From Candidatus Latescibacterota bacterium (GTDB lineage: Bacteria > Latescibacterota > UBA2968), in NCBI GenBank assembly GCA_965198115.1, contig OZ240241.1, positions 352,001 through 416,000 of the forward strand: a stretch of DNA of 64,000 nt, given 5' to 3'. The number at the start of each line of letters is the position of its first letter. The first letter of the stretch is position 1. The notes beneath the pieces were generated by a model. The model ran no database searches, was not told the origin of the DNA, and saw nothing but the letters and a program-made list of their open reading frames with translations. Shown piece after piece: positions 33,308-44,211 of this stretch. The position numbers and the translations under genes were made by a program.

Positions 33308-34679
33308 GAGCTATAATCAAAAGGTGTGGAAAAAGAGAAAGGGCGACCCTACCCTTCCCGTGAGATAGTTGATTCACACAAAACCGGGTGAGAGGCCCGG
33401 TTGGGAAGGAGGATCGCCGTGAAGGAACATACGCATAGAGCCCCATTGAAGTCCATGCCGACGTGGGAGACGGTTGACGATTGGATCCGTGAAGAGATCC
33501 AGGGCCGGTTCCAGTCCATTCTGGAGGAGGAGGCGACCGCGTTCTTGGGCCGGTCGTGGTATGAGCGCCGAGCCGAGGTCGATAGCTCCACGGGCTACAG
33601 GAACGGCTACGGCAAGCCCCGGCGTCTCTCGACGAGCTGCGGAACGATCAAGGTCCGGCGTCCCCGGGTTCGTGGTCTGGAAGAGCGGTTTGAAAGCCGC
33701 ATCCTCCTCCTGTTCGCCCGGAGAACCAGGGCCATTGGAGATCTGCTTCCCGACCTTTATCTCCACGGTCTCTCCCAGGGCGACTTCGAGTTGTCTTTGC
33801 GTGCGCTGCTCGGTGATGGCGCGCCGCTTTCGCCGACCTCGATCGCTCGTCTTCGAGGGAAGTGGGAGGTCGACTTCCAGGACTGGAAAGAAAGGCGTCT
33901 GGATAATCGCGAACTGGTCTACGCCTGGGCTGATGGCATCTACGTCAAAGCCGGGCTCGAGCGCGAGAAGGCGTGTCTGCTGGTCGTGATCGGCGCGATG
34001 AGCGACGGCAGCAAGGAGATCCTGGCGATAGAACCCGGTTATCGAGTCTACAGAATCCTGGCTCACGGTGCTCCGGGATCTCCGGGATCGCGGGCTCGAA
34101 CATCCTGTCCTGATCGCCGCGGACGGGAATATGGGCATCTGGGCGGCCGTTGATCAGGTCTGGCCAGAGAGCCGGCAACAACGGTGCTGGAACCACAAGA
34201 TCCTCAACGTGCTCGACAAGGTCGCCAAGCGTGCACAGGCTGAAGCCCGCGCACTGCTCGTCCAGATCCCCTATGCCGGCACGAAAAAGGAGGCCGAGAA
34301 GCTCCGGAAACGCTTTGCCGCACGGTATCGCTCACAGTTCCCTGCCGCCGTGGAGACGCTCGAAAGAGACTGGGATCGGATGGTCACGTTCTACGACTTC
34401 CCGAAGGAACACTGGAAACACCTGAGAACCACGAACGTCGTCGAGAGCCCCTTTGCTTCCGTTCGGCTTCGCACAAACGCCGCCAGGCGATTCAAGAAAG
34501 TCAGGAACGCCACGACTCTCATCTGGCGTACGCTCAAGGTCGCAGAGAGCCGATTCAGGAAACTCACCGCGCCACACTTGCTACAACAAGTCTACGATCA
34601 GAAACACTCAACCGGACCGCAGGTCGAAGCCGGGAAGATGGCCGCCTGATTTCATTTACACACCTATTGACCTGAACTC
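33308..34679 (+). mobile_element. IS256-family type B copy B (1372 bp)
   Basis: 8-bp TSD TTCAGTTC; near-identical to copy A. Confidence 0.93.
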
Positions 34680-34753
34680 TTCAGTTCCACCCCACTTCAA
34701 CAGAACTATAGACCGTGATGTAAGCGTCTTATTCCCTCACCCAGGACCCCATC

Positions 34754-35551
34754 GTGAAAATCGGCGCCTCCACCATCCTCTACCGTGACCGTCCGCTAAC
34801 CCGGGAACTCTTCCAGGAATTCCAGAAAGCGGGTATCGACTCGCTGGAACTGACAGACTATCACCCGGACTTTTCCTACAGGGATCTCGACGAACTCGCA
34901 TCCCTGCGCCTGGCAATGGCCGACCTGTCATTGCATCTCAATACGCTGCACATCCACCTCGAGATCTTCGACGACTACGACCTCGCGACCCTCGACGCGG
35001 CCCAGCGGGACAAGACGCTCACGGCTTACCGTCAGGCGGTCGATGCGATGGAGGTTCTTGGCGGCGGCATCCTCGTGACACATCACATCCAGATTCCGGA
35101 ACCCGATGGAGTGTCACACGCCGCAAAGCGAGCGTCCTTCATCGACAATCTTCGCACCGTTGCGGCCTATGCGGCCCCCAAGGAGGTCTCTTTCGCGGTG
35201 GAGAACACCTCCGGGGGCTACACCCGCGAGCCCACACGACTCGTCCAGTTGATCACGGACATCGATGCACCGAACGTTGGCATCGTCATCGACACCGGGC
35301 ACCGTAACATGGTCGGCGATCCGGTCGAAGCCTTGCGCATCGCCGGACCCCATCTCATCACGCTGCACCTCCACGACAACCACGGCAAACAGGATGAACA
35401 TCTGCTCCCGGGACGCGGCAACATCGATTGGAACGGCGTCGTTGAGGCGTTGGATGAGATTGCGTACCCCGGCGTCTTCTTGTACGAGCTCGACCGATCT
35501 GAAGACCTGCCGGACATCCGCGAGAACGCTGAGCAACTCCAGAAACACTGA
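34754..35551 (+). CDS. sugar phosphate isomerase/epimerase (xylose isomerase-like TIM barrel)
   Basis: AVENT, IDTGH, LHLHDN.G..DEHLLPG.G.IDW, YPG.FLYE metal-binding motifs. Confidence 0.9.
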   Translation: MKIGASTILYRDRPLTRELFQEFQKAGIDSLELTDYHPDFSYRDLDELASLRLAMADLSLHLNTLHIHLEIFDDYDLATLDAAQRDKTLTAYRQAVDAMEVLGGGILVTHHIQIPEPDGVSHAAKRASFIDNLRTVAAYAAPKEVSFAVENTSGGYTREPTRLVQLITDIDAPNVGIVIDTGHRNMVGDPVEALRIAGPHLITLHLHDNHGKQDEHLLPGRGNIDWNGVVEALDEIAYPGVFLYELDRSEDLPDIRENAEQLQKH

Positions 35552-35655
35552 ACCATCAAGACTCCAAGCGGAGACTTCATTAAGCCCTGAGTTTTCCAGA
35601 TCAGAAATTCAGGGTTTTCCGCAGCCCACAAGGTACCACTTCAATCTCCGCCTAA

Positions 35656-35758
35656 TCTCCTCGATCAGCCACGCTTGCCCGCGAGCCCCGCTTGCACGGG
35701 GCTCCTCACCGTCGCATCTTGAGTTGCGATGCACCTGTGCCACCATCGTTTGCTGCTG
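35656..35758 (+). repeat. degenerate copy of the promoter and start of the histidine kinase gene (37463-37557)
   Basis: TAATC.CCTC.ATCA.CC...CTTGCCCGC and CCTC.CCGTCGCATCTTG.GTTGCGATG...GCCACCATC are shared. Confidence 0.8.
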
Positions 35759-35932
35759 GTGTTCGTCCAGTTGATGCACGTCAGTGGTTGGGATTGATTC
35801 ACTGGATCGAAAGAGGAAAGAAGGACATCTCACTTGGGGCACGCACTCTCGAATGGACATTGCTCCCGGAGCCGTCAACGGGGTCCCGTCTCTCTACGGG
35901 CACTCTTTCGCTTTCAATCTGAAAGGTAAAGG

Positions 35933-37441
35933 TTGGCAGACCGACCGAAGTTTCTCGAAGCGATGGAACCGACCGTATGGTTCGGGTCGGCTGGGCTGGT
36001 CATCTTGTTCTGTGTCTATGGCGGTCTTTTCACCGAACACGCCGCCGATGTCTTCAACACAGCTCAGAGCTTTATCGCGACCAAGTTTGGGTGGTTCTAC
36101 ATCCTGTCGGTGAGCTTTTTCCTCGGGTTTGTAGTCTGGCTGTTGTTCAGTCCCTACGGTCGAATCAAACTCGGCGCAGACGATCAAGAGCCGGAGTTCG
36201 GTTACTTCGCCTGGTTCACGATGCTCTTCAGTGCGGGGATGGGTATCGGATTGGTCTTCTGGGGCATTGCCGAACCTATCATGCACTACCATAGTCCGCC
36301 AATCGCCGAGCCAGAATCTCCGGACGCCCTCGTCGAGTCGATGAAATTCACGTTCTTCCACTGGGGATTCCACCCGTGGGCAGTCTACATCATCTTTGGG
36401 CTGGGTATCGCCTACTATCACTTCCGGCACGATCTCCCGCTTGCTCCCCGCTCTTTGCTCTACCCCGTACTCGGCGAGCGATACCGGGGGATGGTCGGTC
36501 ACGTGACAGATATTCTGTGTACCGTCGGCACGTTGTTCGGCGTGGCCACCTCGCTTGGACTGGGTGCGATGCAGATCAACGCAGGGATCAACGCGTACAC
36601 CACGATTCCGATAACTACAACCGCCCAGATCTGGATCATCGTGCTGATCACGCTCGCGGCGACCGTTTCGGTCGTTTCGGGGATCGAGCGAGGCATCCGC
36701 CTGGTCAGCGAATTCAACATCATCCTGGGCGGGCTGGTCTTGCTGTTTGTGTTTCTCGCTGGGCCAACTCTGTTTCAGCTGAAGCTGTTGACCAACACGC
36801 TCGGGAGCTACGTATCGGGCCTGGTCAACCTCAGCCTGTGGATAGATCTGACCGAGGAGGCTTCGTGGCAGAAGAGCTGGACCATCTTCTACTGGGGTTG
36901 GTGGATTTCGTGGTCGCCGTTCGTGGGGATCTTCATTGCCCGGATCTCGAAAGGCAGGACGATCCGAGAGTTCGTCCTGAACGTCTTTCTGGCACCTACC
37001 GCGGTCACGTTTCTTTGGTTGGCCGTCTTCGGGGGAACAGGGCTGCATATGGAAATCTTTCAAAATGGAGAGATTTCCAAAGCCGTATCTGAGAACGTGG
37101 CGCTCTCCATGAACGCCTTGTTTTCGAATCTGCCCTTCGCCACGGTCATGCCCGCCATTGGAACCTTGCTCGTCATTACCTTTTTCATCACATCGTCGGA
37201 CTCCGGGTCCCTCGTGGACGACATGGTGACGTCCGGGGGCCATCCTGATCCACCGACGGCGCAGCGTGTGTTCTGGGCCATCGCCGAGGGAGCGGTAGCG
37301 GGTGTCCTGCTCTATACCGGCGGGCTGTCGGCCCTCCAGACGGCTTCGATTACCTCCGGACTTCCTCTCACGGTCCTCCTCCTGCTCACCTGCTATGGTC
37401 TGACCAAAGCACTTCGAATCGACCTGGCCGACCAAAGCTGA
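35933..37441 (+). CDS. BCCT-family (betaine/choline/carnitine) transporter
   Basis: MLFSAGMGIGLVFWG, FFHWGFHPW, GVATSLG, WTIFYWGWWISWSPFVGIFIARISKGRTIREF, FFITSSDSG. Confidence 0.95.
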   Translation: MADRPKFLEAMEPTVWFGSAGLVILFCVYGGLFTEHAADVFNTAQSFIATKFGWFYILSVSFFLGFVVWLLFSPYGRIKLGADDQEPEFGYFAWFTMLFSAGMGIGLVFWGIAEPIMHYHSPPIAEPESPDALVESMKFTFFHWGFHPWAVYIIFGLGIAYYHFRHDLPLAPRSLLYPVLGERYRGMVGHVTDILCTVGTLFGVATSLGLGAMQINAGINAYTTIPITTTAQIWIIVLITLAATVSVVSGIERGIRLVSEFNIILGGLVLLFVFLAGPTLFQLKLLTNTLGSYVSGLVNLSLWIDLTEEASWQKSWTIFYWGWWISWSPFVGIFIARISKGRTIREFVLNVFLAPTAVTFLWLAVFGGTGLHMEIFQNGEISKAVSENVALSMNALFSNLPFATVMPAIGTLLVITFFITSSDSGSLVDDMVTSGGHPDPPTAQRVFWAIAEGAVAGVLLYTGGLSALQTASITSGLPLTVLLLLTCYGLTKALRIDLADQS

Positions 37442-37521
37442 ACCATCCTCATTCAGCTTCTGTAATCCCCTCCATCAACCGCCCTTGCCCGCCATTCCTC
37501 GCCGTCGCATCTTGGGTTGCG

Positions 37522-40500
37522 ATGCGCACCTATGCCACCATCCTTGTCCTGCTGCTGACGTTGGGGCCGTCTTGGTCCGCCGAGCCGACGCTCGCACGGC
37601 TCTCATTTTGGGTGCCGCCCGAGCGGATGGACGCGTTCGCGACGGCCTACCGAGAAAAGTTGCTGCCCATCCTCAAGAGCCACGGCCTCGTCGAATCGTC
37701 CCAACCTGCACGCGCCACGGTGGACAGCGTGTTCAGCCGATTGTTCGAGTTCGATTCGCCGGCAGAAGTGGTGGCGATGCGTCTGATCCTCATCTATGAC
37801 AAGAAGTGGGCGGAACAGCTGGAGGAGCTCGGCCTCGAGGCCACTTGGTGGCCAGGAAGAAGATTCAGGTTCGGTCATTACGCGACACCAGCCGGTCCAG
37901 GCAGGGTTGTCAAGGCAGGGCCCGGTAAGGTCGTGCCCGCCGGCCGGGGACGCGGACAGTGGCGGACCTACGACACGGTGGATGGTCTGGCTACTCAAGA
38001 AACGCGGACGATTCTGCAGGACCGGAGGGGCTATCTCTGGTTCGGGACGTGGGGTGGTGGGGTGAGTCGCTACGACGGGCAGACCTTCACAACCTACACC
38101 AGGAACGATGTAATCAAATCAAACATAGTCTTTTCGATGGTGGAGGATCGTGACGGGAACATCCTGATTCCCGGCGGGGGAGGCATAAGCCGGTATGACG
38201 GCCAATCCTGGACATTCCTCGCCAACGAGGAGTTGTTTGGGGTGTATCGCGCCCTCGAGGATCGTGACGGTAACCTGTGGTTCGTGACGCGCCAAGGGGT
38301 GATTCGCTACGATCCCCGGGTCACGCCTCTCTCGACGGAGTCCATCCGGAAGGAAAAAGAAAGGCCTGGGACAGGCGCGGCAGACTCTTCCACTATCTCG
38401 CAGGCTGCTTGGACCTCTTTCACTGCGGACGATGTAGGCGAGGAGGGGGTCAATGCGGTGTTTCAGGATCGGGATGGCTACCTCTGGTTCGGGACGGATG
38501 GTGGGGGCCAAGGGGATAGGCTGGGTCGCATCGGTGCAAGTCGCTACGATGGACATACGTGGACGACCTTTAGCACCGAGGATGGTCTGGCAGAGAACCG
38601 GGTGATGGTGATTTTTCAGGATCGAGATGGGAATCTGTGGTTCGGGACACACACCTTCACGACGGCGGAAGGTCTTCCCAGCAACCGCACCATCTCGGCG
38701 CTTCGTGATCGTGAGGGCCAACTGTGGTTCGCCACAGGTCGTGGTCTGACTCGATTCGATGGCCGGACTTTCACGACCTATGGCACCGAGGATGGATTGG
38801 GTTCGAATGCGGCTCAGAAGATCTATCAGGACCGGAGTGGCGATCTGTGGATTACTCAGAGGGCTGGCTTGAGCCGATACGATGGTGTGACTTTCACCGC
38901 CTACACGGATGAGGATGGGCTGGGAGCTGCGCGTCATCGTGGTGGCAACCCGATCCAACAGGACCGGAACGGGGACCTCTGGTTCGGATTGTGGGCAGGT
39001 GGCGGAGTGAGCCGCTACGATGGCCGCACCTTTGTCACTTTCAATGTCGAAGACGGTCTGTCCCGGAACTCGTCTCAGGTCAACTCGATTCTCCAGGACC
39101 GTCGAAACTCCCTCTGGATCGGCAACGGCGCTGGCCTGAGCCAATACGAACCTGACCCGGATCCTGGACAGGTTGCATTCACGGCGATCGATGCGCTGGC
39201 GGGCAAAGGAGCCTGGACGAGCCTGGAGGACCGGGATGGTAACCTATGGTTCGGCACCTGGGGAGACGGCGTGGCTTGCTATGACGGTCGCGACTTCACG
39301 ATGTACACCACGGAAGATGGGCTGGCACATAATGACGTGCTGGCGATCATTCAGGACCGACACGGCCATCTGTGGTTCGGCACCGACGGCGGCCTGGTGA
39401 GCCGCTACGACGGCCAAGTCTTTCAGACGCTCACCCGCGAGGATGGCCTCACCGGGCAGGCTGTGCGGGGGATGTTCGCGGACAAAAATGGCGACATCTG
39501 GATGATGACGCTCAACGGCATCGTCCGCTATCGCGAACCGGAGCCCTATCCGCCCGGCGTGTTCGTCGACGCAGTCGTCGCGGACCGGCGCTATGACGAT
39601 CCGTCGAACATTGCTATCTCCTCCGAAGTCACCCTGACCTCGTTCGAGTTCCACGGGATGAGCCTCAAGACCCGTCCTGGCGCAATGGTCACCGGTATCG
39701 ATTGAACCCACATCACGACTGGCGAAACACGCGAGAGCAACGCGTCGAGTATCAGGATCTGCCGCGAGGCGATTACACGTTCGAGGTCGAGGCAGTGGAT
39801 CGGGACCTGGTCTACTCGGAGTCTCCCGCCGTCGTCGCGCTGACGGTTCACCTTCCGCGAGAACGGGTCGCGCTCTGGTTGGGGCTATGCGTCACCATCG
39901 TGTTGGTCGGCTGGCAGACGGCGCGTGTGGTGCGTCGCGACCGTCGTCTGCGGCAATCCAACGAGGCCCTCTCCGCCGCAAACAACGAGCTGTTCCAGGT
40001 CAACGTGGACCTCCAGCGCGAGCAGGTGCTGGAGCGGCTGCGGGGTCAGGCGCAGGGGATGCAGTCGAGCGAGGATATCGGGCCGGTTGTTGAGGCTGTG
40101 CATCGGGAGTTGAGCGGGCTTGGACTGCCTCTGATCCATTCGGGAATCTCTATCCACCTGTCGGAAACGAAAACGGAACAATGGGGCGTAGCAGAAGACG
40201 GCCGTGCTCACGTACCGTTTATCAGGGACCGAAGCAATGCAAGCATCGAAGCTCGCCGCCGCGGCGATGATTACGTGTATACTCGAAGCGAAGGCGAGGC
40301 AGCAAAAGACCGGGTGCGCCATCTAATTGCGCAGGGCAATCCCCGATGGAAGGGTGTTCCAGAGGAGCGGTGGCCGCGAAAGCTGGACACGTACGTCATC
40401 CACTTTAAAGGAGGCGACGCGGGTGTGAACTCTGAAGAACCCATTGCCGAGGAGTACCTCACGCTCTTCAAGCGGTTTGGGGAGGTATTCGGGTATGCCC

Positions 40501-41768
40501 ATTCACGGTACAAGGAACTTCAGCAGAAGGAAGCGCAGAACCGCCGCCTTGCCGTCGAGGCATCCGTTCAACGACTTCGCGCCGAAGTGCAGTCGATGGA
40601 CGAGGCGAGCGACTTTGAGCGCATCCTCTCGCTGCTGACGGAGAGCCTGAAGACGGTGGAACTCGCGTTCGATGGCTGCGAAATTGACGTGCTGGACGAG
40701 CCCGTCGAGAACCCCACGATGGCACACTTTGTAGCAAACGGGTTCCGATATACAACCTTCAGACTGGACCCCGATGGAAACGTGGCTCCCCAATCCTACA
40801 ACGTTGCCGCGCCTTTCCAACCCGTGAACGAGCAGACTATCGAACGCTTCATTGCTGGTGAGCCGTGGCAAGGTTTGAGCGATGACCTGAGGATTGTAGA
40901 AGTTCCAGCAGGAAGTTATGGTCGCCTTCGACTCACCGAGACAGACAGGGAGCAATTCGCAGACGATGAAGTCGCCACGCTTCGCGAGTTCGCCGACGCT
41001 GTCGCCCTTGGCTACGCCCGCTACCTCGATATTCGTGAAATCCAATTGAACACTGAACGAAAATCGGAGTTCCTCGCCTCGATGTCGCACGAACTCCGTA
41101 CGCCGATGAACGCTATCAAAGGCTTTACTAACCTTGTGCTGCGCCGTGAGAAGACTCTGAGTGACCGGGGACAAGAGAATCTACAGAAGGCCACTCAGGC
41201 GTCAGACCGACTATTGGCAATGATTGACGACCTGATGGACCTGTCGAAGATTGAAGCGGGCCGGATGGACGTGAACCCCGAGCGGTTCAATGTGCGGGGC
41301 CTGATTGCGTCGGCGTGTGACACGGTCAGTCCACTGGTACAGGAGGGCGTGGAGCTACGCCAGGACGTGGCCGGCCCTTCGGCAAGCTCAGGGCAGGCTC
41401 AGCTAATGGCGAACACCGACAAGGCACGGGTCCAGCAGATGGTCATCAACCTGCTGAGCAACGCTATCAAATTCACCGACAGCGGCAGCGTGACCGTGAG
41501 CGCGTTACAGGCTGAAGATCAACTGGTCATCGCCGTCAGCGACACCGGCAAGGGCATCCCCGCCGACGAGCTACCGAGCATCTTCGACGAATATCGTCAG
41601 GCCGAGGGGTCAGAGAGCGGTGTGCAGAAGGGGACTGGCCTGGGGCTGTCGATTACGAAGAAGTTCGCGGAGTTGCTGGGCGGGTCGATTGGTGTGGAGA
41701 GCGAGGTGGGCAAGGGGAGCACGTTCACGGTGCGGGTGCCGGTGGAATACGGGGAATCTTCGTCTTAA
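37522..41768 (+). pseudogene. sensor histidine kinase: signal peptide, two-component regulator beta-propeller repeats, Y_Y_Y, TM, GAF-like repeats, HisKA, HATPase; 1-nt deletion ~39690
   Basis: Repeated QDR.G.LWFGT..GVSRYDG..F; FLASMSHELRTPMNAI, INLLSNAIKFT, DTGKGI, GTGLGL; adding one T restores VYRYRL (1415 aa). Confidence 0.9.
41375..41398 (+). repeat. REP-like unit inserted in-frame in the kinase
   Basis: CCCTTCGGCAAGCTCAGGGCAGGC (PSASSGQA); related units at 33115 and 49295. Confidence 0.7.
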
Positions 41769-41816
41769 GACAACGACTTGCAGGCTACCCACGAGCATTG
41801 GGGAGGATGGACCACG

Positions 41817-43278
41817 ATGAAGAAAATCCTGCTGGCCCTCGGCTTGGGTCTCTTGGTCCTCGTTTCCCTGCTTCTCGTTCGTACAGTCCTGTTCACCTCC
41901 AAGCAGGTCGTAGTTGAACCCGCTCCTGCCATCGCATTCGATGCTGAGGCGGCCGCCGACCACCTGGCGAAAGCGCTTCGTTTCCCAACAATCTCCCACC
42001 TCGACTCGGCTCAACGGAATAACGAAGCGTTTTCGGCCTTCCGCAGTCACTTGGCCCAGACCTTCCCCCGTCTCCACGGGACGCTTTCCCGAGAGAGTGT
42101 GGGGGAACGTGGAGTGCTATATACGTGGCAGGGCGAAGTGCCGGGCCTGAAGCCTGCCCTGCTCATGGGCCACATCGACGTGGTCCCGGTAGAGCTTGGG
42201 ACAGAGGGAGATTGGGTACACCCACCTTTCGAGGGCCGCATCGCAGACGGCTTCATTTGGGGGCGAGGTGCGATGGACAATAAGGGCGGAGTCCTCGCCC
42301 AGCTTGAGGCTGTTGAGCTCTTGCTCGGAGAGGGGTACCAGCCCGAGCGCACAGTTTACCTCGCCTTTGGGGAGGACGAGGAGGTCGGTGGCCGTTCTGG
42401 TGCCGCACGTATTGCGGATCTGCTTGCCACGCGTGGGGTAGAGCTCGAGTACGTTCTGGACGAAGGCGGAGGCGTTGTTACGGGGGTGCTGCCCCTAACT
42501 GCTCCGGTGGCCTTGGTGGGTATTGCTGAGAAAGGCTACATCAGCCTGGCACTTTCGGCGGTGGGCGAAGGCGGCCACTCTTCACATGCCGCCTCGGCAG
42601 ACCACCGTGGGAATCTTGAGCAGTGCCATCGGCAGGCTCCAGGATAATCCGTTCCCTGGTGGTCTTCGGGGACCCACACGAAAGTTGTTTGCTTATGTGG
42701 GTCTGGAGATGGCGTTCGTTCCTCGAATGCTCTTTGCCAACGTCTGGCTCTTCGGGTCGCTGCTTGAACGGCAGCTGGCCGCCTCACCATCTACAGACGC
42801 CATGCTTCGCACCACCACCGCCCCCACTATGTTCGAAGGAAGCATCAAGGACAACGTATTGCCGGCTCGAGCAGAGGCCGTGGTGAACTTCCGGATCTTC
42901 CCAGGGGAGACCGCTGGGACCGTGATGGAACGAGTGCGAAGTGTGGTTGATGATTCGCGTGTAAAAGTCGAGCCGTTTGCCAACATCAGCGTAGACCCCT
43001 CTCCTGTCTCTCCTACTGACGTGGCGACTTTCGACGTCCTCCAGCGAACCATTCACCAGGTGTTCCTCGATGCCGTAGTTGCACCGTTTTTGGTAATGGG
43101 TGCCACTGATTCCCGATACTACCAAAGGTTGACCGAAACCGTGTATCGCTTTGGGCCGCTTCGGCTGCGCAAAGAAGACCTGGCCCGTCTACATGGCACC
43201 AATGAGCGTATTTCGGTCGAGCACCATGCGGATGCTATCAAGTTCTACAGGCAATTAATTCTCAACTCGGACCCGTGA
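41817..43278 (+). pseudogene. M20 peptidase/amidohydrolase (carboxypeptidase S/PM20D1-like), frameshift ~42583
   Basis: GHIDVVP, GRGAMDNKG, DEEVGG, DEGG, GGHSS, KDNVLP, GATDSRYY, HGTNERI. Confidence 0.9.
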
Positions 43279-43320
43279 AGCACATCCACAGGCTCCCACC
43301 TGCCTATCCCAAGGAGCGGG

Positions 43321-43359
43321 GGCAGCACGTTCACGGTGCGGGTGCCGGTCGAGTATCGG
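43321..43359 (+). repeat. displaced histidine kinase 3' tail (GSTFTVRVPVEY)
   Basis: Matches 41715-41753 with synonymous changes. Confidence 0.85.
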
Positions 43360-43454
43360 GCCCTTCTGTCTGATGTTTATTGGAAACAGAGGCCGGACAG
43401 GCAGGATTCCCTTGGCCTCGTGTAGAAGTAGCAAACCGTCCTTTGGAGGATGTT

Positions 43455-43934
43455 ATGAGATTCTCAATTAGCACTTTTCTATCTGTCCCGTTCTTGTCCT
43501 TTGCGCTGCTTTCTTGCACCAAACCCTCAATGGATGTGGCTACGGTCCGTAAGGCCATTGAGGACGCGGAAGCCACATTTACAGCGGCGTTCAATCGAGG
43601 TGACGCCGCAGGTGTGGCCGCCTTGTACACAGAAAATGCGACTCTATTGCCACCGAACAGTGAGATGATTCAAGGGAGGCAGGGAATCCAAGATTTTTGG
43701 AATGGCGGTCTCCAAATGGGCCTAAAAGATGTGACCTTAACCACAGTAGATGTTGGCGGTAATGGTGATACCGCTTACTCAACTGGTAAGTACACCCTCA
43801 ATATCCAACCCGAGGGTCAAGAAGGTATGTCGGACTCGGGCAAGTATGTCGTTATCTGGAAACGGCTGGCCGACGGTACGTGGAAGTATCACGTGGATAT
43901 CTGGAACAGCAGCTTGCCGATGCCTGGGCAGTAA
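43455..43934 (+). CDS. NTF2/SnoaL-like DUF4440 lipoprotein
   Basis: Lipobox LLSC; AFNRGDAAGVAALYTENA..LPP, GKYVVIWKR..DGTWKY.VDIWN. Confidence 0.88.
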   Translation: MRFSISTFLSVPFLSFALLSCTKPSMDVATVRKAIEDAEATFTAAFNRGDAAGVAALYTENATLLPPNSEMIQGRQGIQDFWNGGLQMGLKDVTLTTVDVGGNGDTAYSTGKYTLNIQPEGQEGMSDSGKYVVIWKRLADGTWKYHVDIWNSSLPMPGQ

Positions 43935-44090
43935 GCTGAGACCGCAGCCCGAACCTACGAGAGCCTCAACAGAAACCGAACGAAGAAGTGGAAAACATGA
44001 ACAGATAAAGGCGTGTGTGTTTGCCGTAGTCCTTCTGAAACGAGATAAACGGAGGGGTTGAAGAACGAACGCTCATCTCCAAACGTCCCC

Positions 44091-44193
44091 ATCGTGGAGC
44101 TACTTGTTGGGACCATTGGCGTGGAGAGCGAAGTCGGAAAGGGCAGCACGTTTTACGGTGCGGGTGCCGGTGGAGTATCAAGAAATCTCGTAA
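44091..44193 (+). repeat. second displaced histidine kinase 3' tail (ELL.G.IGVESEVGKGSTF/TVRVPVEYQEIS*)
   Basis: Homologous to ~41665-41768 with synonymous changes and one extra T. Confidence 0.85.
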
Positions 44194-44211
44194 ATGTTTA
44201 CGATAAAAAGC

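Noticed and set aside
30635-34679. composite transposon formed by inverted IS256-B copies
   Set aside because: Each copy has its own distinct TSD, so they are independent insertions
37960-39530. CRISPR array or DNA tandem repeat
   Set aside because: The repeats are degenerate coding beta-propeller blades with no constant repeat-spacer pattern; I saw no CRISPR array or cas gene in the window
41665-44193. integron attC cassettes or a diversity-generating retroelement TR/VR pair
   Set aside because: No RYYYAAC/GTTRRRY palindromic attC, no integrase or reverse transcriptase, and the differences are synonymous rather than adenine-specific
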